Shown in pieces: positions 1 through 9,163 of a stretch of DNA of 64,000 nucleotides (positions are counted from its first letter, which is position 1; the number at the start of each line of letters is the position of its first letter). The stretch covers positions 14,818,001-14,882,000 of the forward strand of contig CM022677.1 of the NCBI GenBank assembly GCA_012295275.1, read 5' to 3'. A model generated the notes under the pieces. It searched no databases. It saw nothing but the letters and a program-made list of their open reading frames with translations, and was not told the origin of the DNA. Made by a program: the position numbers and the translations under genes. Source of the DNA: Chrysomallon squamiferum (Eukaryota > Animalia > Mollusca).

Positions 1-457
1 TTTAAGTATCCATTCTCATTTAGAACGGCTCGATGCAAGCGGCGATATTGCCTGTCTTGCGAGGGTGTTTTCAGAGTCGTCTTCCAAATAATATGGCAGT
101 GAGTTCCATATGTAGGATGATTTGAAATAGCCTGACATTCTTTTTGGTGATAAACCATTAATGTCTTCCATGATTTATTTCTCAAAAACGCTTTTAATTC
201 GTTTATCACACGGTCTTGACCCTTTGAAAGGTACTCATAGTTAGGCGTGGCCCAATGGTCAACAGTTTTAATATTTCCTGATTATCCATCTGGTATGACT
301 TGATGAAATTCTTACCAGTCGCATATATAAATTTCCCTTCTTTATCTTTTGCGAGACACCGAGGAACCAGATATTTCGGGTGAACCATGTCATAATTGAC
401 ATGACCCACCAAAACACTGTAATATGTATCTTCTGGAAGATCAACGAACCTATCCAT
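1..457 (-). CDS. NS1/Rep-like HUH endonuclease, N-terminal part (5' segment 457-316, HUH segment 277 to <1); the SF3 helicase is expected outside the window
   Basis: ATG at 457 in strong context (gaaATGg) gives MDRFVDLPEDTYYSVLVGH. A second frame, open from about 282 to the window edge, reads GNIKTVDHWATPNYEYLSKGQDRVINELKAFLRNKSWKTLMVYHQKECQAISNHPTYGTHCHIIWKTT, containing rolling-circle motif II (HUH followed by hydrophobic residues). The two frames join through a 38-nt GT-AG intron (315-278) or a 1-nt indel. Confidence 0.72.
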
Positions 458-513
458 TTCCAATAATGTATTTTCATATAATATGTTCTTTACGTTAAGA
501 GATAACAGTAACG

Positions 514-612
514 ACTGAAAACTTTTGAACGTTTCTTTATTTATAACGTTTAAAACATTACGTCATATATATGACGTCATATGGTGTACGTGACAAAATG
601 AACGTAACGTTA
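514..612 (-). promoter_or_regulatory. Internal viral promoter for NS1 (CRE/ATF sites, TATA, Inr) overlapping the likely VP poly(A) signal
   Basis: On the minus strand: TATAAATA at 545-538 and Inr-like TCAGT at 518-514 (A at 516, 29 nt from the TATA start). TGACGTCA at 572-579 and TTACGTCA at 558-565 overlap an 18-bp palindrome (560-577). AATAAA at 541-536. Confidence 0.7.
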
Positions 613-649
613 TTAAAAGACTAATCACTGTATTCATACGCTTAATATT

Positions 650-2769
650 TTATAATGGATATGACCAGTCATTTCCATTCCCCATAGTTTCTAATGTTCT
701 ATCACCATATGCACCATGTAATGGCCATAATTGTCTACGTCTATTTCTACGTTTATTCCAATTATCCCATATGGGTGGAAACGTTCTCATTTTCCATGTT
801 GTATTTATTCTTTCTTTATATTTAGCAGCATCTTCACCTAAAAATTGATCTTGTTCAGGATGTTTAACATTATCTTTATTACCCATTGGAGTAGTATCAT
901 CTTTTTTAAATATTAAACCTTGCATAGTACCAGGACATCCTCCTAATCCTATTGGAATATATTTTGGACACATGCCAGTCCGTACAATAAATTCAATCTC
1001 ACTATAATATGTTATCTGAATGTTAGCATGATAATTGAAAAATAATGTATTTCCTCCACTTGTTTTCTCAATGTCAGGATATAATCCAATTAAGAACATA
1101 GGAGGTCTGTTACATTGATATGTACGTCTATGTGAGCCATCTTTACAAACATCAATATTAGGATTATTTGCATTATTATGCATAACTCCTTGATTACTCA
1201 TTTTTGTCCCTCCATCATCTACCATAGATGGTGCACCAAGTACATTAGATGCCTTATTTTGAAAACAAGCTGTATAATGTATACGTCTGTATTGATGATT
1301 AAAATAACAACATATTGCAGTTCCCATTGGATGTTCTGTAGTATTGGTAACTACTATATCATGTGTTGGCCAAACCTCTAAATTACCTTTATTTTCGTTA
1401 GCACATTGATATTTAGATTTAATACATAATCCAGATATATCTGTAAAGTTAAGTGTATGTGATGTTTCTGATGGAAATAAAACGGTTGGTGAGTCTTTAC
1501 AGGTATAATCTAATGCAAAACCCCTGAACTAATTACAGTTTCTCTGTATCCATCATGTTTTTTCATGTCATATATATAATTAGGAGAGAATGTTTTATAT
1601 TCTAATCCATCACCTGTCCATGCATGATTTAATAATTGCATAGCCATATCACTTGGTAAATATAATTTTCTATCTGGTTGAACAGGTATACTTCTGTTAC
1701 TAATATCATCCATACATTCTTCATCTTTAAAATAGTAATTATGTGATAAATTTAATTTTTTTTCAGGCAAACCATAATCATTATTTACATCTGTAAATGT
1801 CCACACACGAGAATTTGGTGGTGCCATTACAGGTACTTCATTAGGATCAGATTTATTATTGTTTAAAACATGAACAATCATATTATTTATATTAAATCCT
1901 ATTCGTTTTACTCTATAACCCATAAAATCATCAGGTAAATTCCAATCATTAGCAGTAGTACTAGCTGCTTTATACCAATATGGTATTATATGCCCTCCAT
2001 GATTAAATGTAAATTCACATACATTTGGGTCCCCTATAGCCTTTTTCCAATTGATATTATCTGAATTATTATCCAATATTTTCATAACAGCTTTTCGTTC
2101 TTTCGTAAAATTAATAGTACTAGTAAATGTTCGTTTGAATGTTTTTTTAATTGTTATATAACGTGGATCTGTATATTTAGTTGCTCCACCAAAACCTTGA
2201 TACAACACATTATTACCGGTTGCAGATGCCATAGGTGCACCTTCAACAGCTTCACTTCCTCCTGTATCTGTAACTTCTTCATTCATTATGGAATCCGGCT
2301 CCATTACAGATTCCTGTGGTTGCAAATATGTACCTTTTGCATTTGATCTGTCTAATACATCTTGTGATACTGTACTAGATAACTGTTTGTTATCTTGAAC
2401 CTTAGCATCAGATCCTCCTGATGGTTCAGTTGATTGACGTTTCATAACTGATTTATTTTGATTTCCGGATGTGTCGTATATATTTCCTGGTTGTTCTTGG
2501 TTGTCGTAGAATAAAGGGGTCCCGAAAGGGTCGTCTTCGTCCGAATCTTCAACAGAGTTATAGTCTTGCCCAATATTTTGAATTGCCTGATAGAAATCGT
2601 TATTCGGAATTTGTATATTTGGATACTGACGTCGGATCGCAAGCCACTTTTCTTGTCGTTGTGAATAGGGGACATTTAGATCACCTAATATATTAAATGC
2701 TTTAGACTTAGCTATCGCCCAAAGTCTAGTGACTTCCTTCTTAGTCAACAGTCTCTTTCCTTTTGTCAT
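650..2769 (-). CDS. Densovirus-like capsid protein (VP), about 706 aa if the single frameshift at 1517-1524 is repaired
   Basis: The 419-aa ORF (2769-1510) has a G/S/A-rich linker followed by YITIKKTFKRTF and HIIPYWYKAASTTANDWNLPDDFMGYRVKRIGFNI, resembling densovirus jelly-roll strands. The -1 frame is open from about 1527 (GFALDYTCKDSPTVLFP...) straight into the 225-aa ORF (PPMFLIGLYP, ANIQITYYSEIEF, basic C-terminal KRRNRRR). No PLA2 motif is visible. Confidence 0.75.
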
Positions 2770-3131
2770 GAAATCGGTATGAGATTATATATATACGACA
2801 CGTTTTCGTTTTCGTCAGCCTCTAATTGATTTCTTTCAGTATCTGTGACGTTATTATCTATATCCTTTATATCAGGATTAACAAAATCCCCTAATTCTTT
2901 GATTGCTTGTTGAATCTGATTTTTAGTGTAATCAGATATACCTTCTACAGCTGATTCAACAACAGATGTTCCTATATTTATAGCTGGATCTAATAATGCA
3001 CTATCAGCTCCAATTATTTCTGTTATAGCTGGTGATGTAGATTCTAATATTGCTGTTGTGGCAAGTTCAACAGATGTATCGAAGGCGTATTCGATTAATT
3101 CTGTTGCAATTAATCCTAATGCAGTAAACAT
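2766..3131 (-). CDS. 121-aa acidic viral protein upstream of VP (putative minor structural protein)
   Basis: ATG at 3131 (MFTALGLIATELIEYAFDTSVELATTAILES...) lies just downstream of the TATA/Inr. Its TGA overlaps the VP ATG as ATGA (2769-2766). The longer 186-aa call in the ORF track starts at TTG inside the hairpin/promoter and is not credible. Confidence 0.6.
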   Translation of the reverse strand: MFTALGLIATELIEYAFDTSVELATTAILESTSPAITEIIGADSALLDPAINIGTSVVESAVEGISDYTKNQIQQAIKELGDFVNPDIKDIDNNVTDTERNQLEADENENVSYIYNLIPIS

Positions 3132-3157
3132 GCTATCATAACAACTATTATTATTAT

Positions 3158-3210
3158 AATGAACAAATTTTATAATATTTATATTATATATTATTAACCG
3201 GATATGACGT
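3158..3210 (-). promoter_or_regulatory. Terminal viral promoter driving the 121-aa ORF and VP
   Basis: TATATAA at 3190-3184 and Inr-like TCATT with A at 3160 (30-nt spacing). ATATGACGT at 3202-3210 is shared with the NS promoter (569-577). Confidence 0.55.
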
Positions 3211-3322
3211 GATATGTAAATTAATGTGATTTTTGGGACCTGATAGATCCCAACCCAACTCTTGCTTATTATTGAAAAAACAATGTATAACACGAATGGT
3301 TTTTGGTTTTTGGCCTTGAAAG

Positions 3323-3407
3323 CCAATATGTACTTTTAGCTTATGACCGTAGGGCTCGGGCTACGCCCGAAGGAGCTAGTCACCTTCGGGCTAAAAGTAC
3401 ATATTGG
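3323..3407. repeat. Parvovirus-type terminal hairpin (telomere)
   Basis: Perfect 18-bp inverted repeat CCAATATGTACTTTTAGC (3323-3340) / GCTAAAAGTACATATTGG (3390-3407). It encloses GC-rich internal palindromes: cgtag/ctacg, cccgaagg/ccttcggg, and the alternative tcgggc-tac-gcccga. Confidence 0.88.

Positions 3408-3411
<4 letters not shown>

Positions 3412-3454
<43 letters not shown>
3412..3454. repeat. (TG)n microsatellite at the virus-host junction
   Basis: Direct reading. Confidence 0.97.
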
Positions 3455-3457
<3 letters not shown>

Positions 3458-5299
3458 TGAATGAGTGTGTATGTTGTTTGATTTATAGCATATCTATCTA
3501 AAAAATGACTTTTTGAAATAGGAAAATATCAGGCCTCTATCTGTTTTCATAAGCTTGTTATTTTATTTTCAGACTAAACTCAACTAGTATAGTAAGTTAA
3601 ATCTAAATGTGGAAAAAGAAGAATTATTACTGTATTTAATAAAATCAAAAAGCATACACCCTGTCCAAAACAAAGAACCTACACTAACTGAATAAAAAAT
3701 CTTGTTTCACATAAGTATTGTTTATCACATTGAAACATCACAAAGATATATCATTAATCTAAAATCACAAATAAATTACATCTTTAAGTAAAATTCTCAA
3801 TAAATGCAGAATAAAAATTTAGTTACTTTGATTTCTTCATCTGAAAGTTTGCGCAACTGAAATAAAAATATACTGTTGAGACAGCTGTCCTAATGGGGGA
3901 ACAAATCTGGATATTGCTGATATTTTGCTAGTTAAGGAAAATGAAGGATGCAACACGAACTGCTGAACATAAAATGTGTTTCCTGAACTAATTTAACTAA
4001 TGTCTGCAATGACTGAAATAAGAAAACCTCAGCATAATATAAAATGTCAGTATAAGTAAAACATACATGCAAAAACTCTACATGATTTCAATAGACATAA
4101 CTGAAAACTAGGACTGTCATGTTACATGTAAGTATACGTTTTAATCAGTTGTTTGCTCAAACCTGTATTGTGGGATTCAGTATACACAGTGCAGACAAGA
4201 TTACACAATCAGAAGACTAACCAAAAAACCCAGATAGAAATGCATTTAATACCACCTTGAAACTGAGATACTGACCAATGTGTAACCAGACTTGCTAATC
4301 TTTTAATCTGAAAAGATCAAGAGCATTCTAATGAATTAATTAACTGCTATGATTTTAAAATGAGATGATATAATTAATTCAAACCACAAAAAAGTATTTT
4401 ATGCCATTACTATCTAAAGTAAACATCATTTATGAGAAATTTATATAAAATTTTTAATACTATTCTGTGCATAAAAATACATTTTGCTACTTTTAATTAA
4501 ATCCATCCTTAATCAAATGAGCCATAAAACCCAAAAGTGAATGAATAAAACATACAATATAGGAGCATTCAATCCACACATAGACATGGATATTTTAGAT
4601 CCTGGACAAGAAAAGTAAACTCATTCTTAATTAATAAAAATATATAAAACAATAGTTATGTAGATTATATTTTTAATTAGAAAAAAAAAACAAAAAAAAA
4701 CCCGCACACAAAGCTACTATAACCTAAAAACAACAATAGAACTTTCACCTTTTAAATTGTCTTCTTTACTGTTGAAACACGAACACAATAATTAAGTAGC
4801 ATCAGTAACAACAAAGATATGAATAAATTCTTAAGAGCTTTTAATTCAGCAACAAATAATTTACATTATTTTTTCTTACAAAATATCTGAATTAACAGCC
4901 TTTTTCATCAATGTATATCTGATTAGGGCTAACAATAAAAAATAAAAAATAAAAAAAAAGCTAGTAATGACAAAAATTATACATGTAAATATTTTTACCT
5001 TAATTTTTATACAAATATCATTATCATCTTTGTCAGTTAAAGAGTGACACATGTGAAAGGAAAAAGAAAAGACCGTGTTAACTTACTTGGTCTCTTCAAG
5101 TTCTGTTTGATTTTTTTTTTGTGTGGTTGTTTAATGTTCCCAACACCAGTAACCATTACTTCCCACTAACACATGCATGGAAATGAAAGTCATGTCTCTC
5201 ATCTCTCTGTGAAAATATATAATGTTTATTAGTATTAAAGGTATTTTATCTGTTTTTATCAATGTAAATTATTGCTAAATATACGCGAGTATGCAACAT

Positions 5300-6002
5300 A
5301 AAATATAAAGGGTAAAAAGAGAAAAAATAAGAGTAAAACTGTAAGTGGAGAAAGTGAACAGAAAATAAGGGTAAGCAGCAGCCAAGCTGGTCAAGAAGTC
5401 GCTATTACAAGGATGTCAAATACACAGAATAACGAGATGTTCATCTGCACCATTTTATAAGTGTCAGCAGTCACAGTATGGACAATACCAGGGTCAGTAT
5501 TCTGGGATAATTTCAACAGTTGTGCACATTCAAGATGTCAGTATATAATTAGATACCCTGATTAGAAAGTTATTACAAGGTTTGTTGGTGCTTAAACCAT
5601 TATTAAATTGATGTATCAGTGGTGAAATGATTGATATTTAGAAAAAAGTACAAGATATGAATTACATTCACTAACAGTTTGAAAGCAATAAAAATAAAAC
5701 TGAATAGTATGTAATTAAATACAAGATATCAGTGGTAAAATGTATGAATTACAATCACAGTTTGAAAGCAATAAAAATATCTCGGAGATTTGAAATCAAT
5801 TGTGTCAGATATGAACAGTTCTACTTATGAAATGAGAGATAATAATAACAGTGTGAAACAAAACATATGTGAATTAAAAACTGAGTTTGGAAACTTAAGA
5901 AAAAATGATCTACAAACTCGCTTCATGTGTGACAATTTAATCTTTAGTGGGATACCAGAGAAAGATGAGGAAGACACAGATGTGAAATTTACAACAAAAT
6001 AA
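5300..6002 (+). mobile_element. Degenerate LINE ORF1-like fragment
   Basis: A coiled-coil-like stretch followed by DLQTRFMCDNLIFSGIPEKDEED, matching the RSxRxNLxxxGIPE signature of L1/CR1-type ORF1p. The upstream part has stops and a short internal duplication (about 5614-5697 vs 5727-5779). Confidence 0.6.
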
Positions 6003-6020
6003 TCAGGTTTGTATAAAAGT

Positions 6021-6022
<2 letters not shown>

Positions 6023-6112
<90 letters not shown>
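6023..6112. repeat. Compound (TG)n(AG)n microsatellite
   Basis: Direct reading. Confidence 0.97.
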
Positions 6113-6116
<4 letters not shown>

Positions 6117-6633
6117 TATGTTATAAAATGGAACTTCCTACGTTAAATTAAATTAAACAACATTAGGTTTAGAATAACGAGAAATACGTAAGAAAACAAA
6201 CTCAAATTCACCTGTTCCAGTTTTTTCTCTTTTCCAGTGGCAGCAGTACAAATGTTTTCCTCAGTGCTGGACAGCACCTTCTACTGAAACAACTTCACTA
6301 GCAAACATCAGCATTCAATTATGTGCATTTTGAAAAAAAGAAATAAAAACCAAATTATAGAAATAATAAACTGTTATAAATAAATAACTAATGTTTCCAT
6401 TATTATTAAAATTAAAATTTTACTGGTACCAGTTACTCGATTATTCAGACACAAAGGGGTGTGGAATATTTTTGATATACTTTGTATAATCATGATAATG
6501 ATGATAATGGTATTAATTTAATTAATTAACAAAACAATGATTCTTATTATGCTATTTTACAATCAGTAAAGAGTTGTTACTATAAAATTTATTTCACTTT
6601 CTCTAAGAAATAAAAATAAGATAAAAAACTTAC

Positions 6634-6734
6634 AACTAGGAATTGTGCAGTCTGCAGTTTCTATACAGCTGATTCATCCTTCTCCATAATGTAAATTCCC
6701 TTTCTAGACAGCAACTGAACAATATTGCAATGAC
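6634..6734 (-). pseudogene. Decayed ankyrin-repeat-like exon
   Basis: Bounded by ttttatgtag| and |gtaagt. Translates (G)HCNIVQLLSRKGIYIMEKDES then a stop, resembling the ankyrin consensus GHxxIVxLLLxxGAxINxKD. Length is 101 nt versus the typical 99-nt ankyrin exon. Confidence 0.5.
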
Positions 6735-6898
6735 CTACATAAAATATTTAACATCAACAGTAAACAATGTTTTTAGCAATTCCAACATGGACATAATACT
6801 TTCTTTTTTTATCAATCTACATTTGTCTGATAAATGCATTCTTGTTTGCTTATAATCATTCATCTAATATGTCTCTCTCACACACAAACACACACATA

Positions 6899-6942
<44 letters not shown>

Positions 6943-6952
6943 AAGAACATAC

Positions 6953-7610
6953 CCTGCCACTGTTGAGAGGTTTCTGAAAACATTCTAACACAGGCCTAAC
7001 ACATCATTTGACACCAGACTCTTGATTCACATTATCAATAGTCTCTTGTATCCATTCTCTGGAAAATAGCCTGGATTTCTGTGATGATGAAGTAGGGGAC
7101 AGGGACATGGGTGCATTGGAACCACTCTTAATCAGGTACAGGACTAGCCCAGTTATTTGAATCATCTTGTTCTGCTGCAGCTACAGCCTCTGTTTTCTTC
7201 TCTCTGTTTTCTTTATCTTCACATTCAGCTTCATTCTCAGAGCAGCAAGCTCAGATGTTACCTGCTGCTCAACTTCCTGGCTGTTGTCTTTGCACACAGC
7301 CAATCCAGTCATCTGCCAAGTGGTTTTGTTTGGCAGAGTAGCAGATGAAGTCTTTTTACCAGCATCAGCTTGTTTTCACAACAACACGGACTGCTATGGA
7401 GCTCTGCCCTTTCCTTCTTGTTCCTGTCCATGCTGAATATAAACCATCAATACATCCATATTATAGATATTCCAGCAGCACTTGCACTCTACAGTGTGGT
7501 TCTGGTCAATGATTGTGTAGCTGGATGAGAAATTAATAAAATATTTCACTCAGATCTGATTTTTCATAGAAGCATCTTTAAATAAATCTGGAATATTTTC
7601 TCCACATGAT
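6953..7610 (-). pseudogene. Large decayed coding exon; the segment at about 7157-7262 resembles the CAMSAP/Patronin first coiled coil
   Basis: Bounded by ttttctag| and |gtatgt. One frame is largely readable with scattered stops: KKTSSATLPNKTTWQ...VTSELAALRMKLNVKIKKTERRKQRL*LQQNKMIQ, compared with CAMSAP SELxxLRMKLEEKRRxIE. Family assignment is from memory only. Confidence 0.45.
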
Positions 7611-8985
7611 CTAGAAAACATCAAATATAAACAAATATTAATAATGAAAAATAAAATGAATAATAATAATAAAGATTAAAATAATAATAATATTAAAAAA
7701 TAAAACACAAAATAATAAAAATTAGTAATAATAATAAGATGATTAAAAACAAAAAGGAAATACAACAAAACAAAACAAAATGTTGATTAATAAAATAAAA
7801 TTTACATTAAGAAAAGAAGGGATACAAAGAACAGTTATCACTGAGGATAACAAATTATTTGTGTGTGTGTGTGTGAATCATAAATAAACTGACAGAAAAC
7901 AACCTGTCAAACAAAATTAGCATATTTTCTTTTAATAGTTTTACTAGTTTATTTAAAAAAATAATAATAATAAAAAATAATAATAATAATAATAATAATA
8001 AAATTTAAAATTCTCTGTAAGTTGTTCTGTGGTGTTTCCTTTGGTGTGTGCTAAACAAGTCAATTTATTTTAAAACAAATTTAATTACTGGCCACTCAAA
8101 ATTTGCCCCTGATAGGCTGATACATCATGTTGGTAAAACAAAATTTGAGACTTTATATGACGTTGTTTATGCTGTTCCCATTAGTACAACCACTGGTGAA
8201 TGTTATTATTAATCGAGTGTCGTTTTTCGAAAAAATATAACAAATAAATAAATAAATAAATAAATAATTATTGTTCCCAAATAATATGGCTGCCATCATG
8301 TGTCTATGACTTTTAAATTATAATTAAATAAAACGAAAGAGATCCAAACGCATTATCAATTATAATAATAAATAGTAATACCTGTCTCCTTTACAAAATG
8401 AAATGATAATGCGATTACCCCAATTCTGTAGAAGATTCTTCGAACGTCAATTAAGAAGGTAAATCCGTGAAGACCGATAATCATCCCGCATTTTTCCGCA
8501 ACTACTACACTAAAAATAAAAAAAAAAAAAAAATAAATAAAACAAAAATAAAAATAATGTTCAAAAAAATAAAAAAATAAAAAATAAAGGAGCATAACAA
8601 CCTTTATTAAAATATACGTACTAATTATAAATCGATGTGGTTCTTTTATTTATTATTATTATTATTATTTTTTTTTTTTTTTTTTTTTATTATTATTAGC
8701 CAATCGTTGACCGAGAACTTCAAATACACGGTGTTGTTATTTTTTTTCCCCCTACTTTTTCTTTCTTCTCATTATTTATATTAATGCACCAAATAAAATC
8801 ACAAAGCTTACAATTCACACTACAATAACTTGCTTATTACTGTCCAGGAATTGACCGTTCTTTGATATACGTCTGAAAACATGGTCTGAAAAAATAAAAA
8901 ATATTATTTTACCTTTTACTAAGTACTGCAATCAGTGTCCTCCTGTATTAAAATATATTGTTAATATTTCTAGTAATGTAGCCGT

Positions 8986-9125
8986 GGCGCAACATTAACG
9001 TCGTAACTTATATTACACTATAGATTAAAATGATAATTTCAAGTAAGAACGTCGATTGTACAGAATACCCTTAATTTGGGAAATACAGAGCGTACTTTCA
9101 GTTCATTTTAATTTTTAATTTATTA

Positions 9126-9163
<38 letters not shown>

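Larger units (their letters stand above)
1..3411 (-). mobile_element. Endogenous parvovirus/densovirus-like element (one end; continues beyond the left edge of the window)
   Basis: Three features co-occur: a GC-rich terminal hairpin (3323-3407), a densovirus-like capsid ORF pair (650-2769) and a HUH-motif Rep frame (GTHCHIIW, HCH at 101-93). Coding is compact and gives way abruptly to a host (TG)n microsatellite at 3412. Confidence 0.82.

Noticed and set aside
268-477. 69-aa Trp-rich ORF, and a 51-aa ORF at about 171-16, as NS2-like genes
   Set aside because: Both are short alternative frames overlapping NS1 with no recognisable motif. They cannot be supported without homologues.
1441-1614. 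An intron as the explanation of the VP frame break
   Set aside because: The 27-nt GT-AG candidate keeps the wrong frame. The larger phase-compatible candidate would delete sequence that looks like core capsid strands (YDMKKH...FALDYTC).
3132-3326. N-terminal 65 aa of the 186-aa ORF in the track
   Set aside because: It starts at TTG inside the hairpin and runs through the AT-rich promoter. The credible start is the ATG at 3131.
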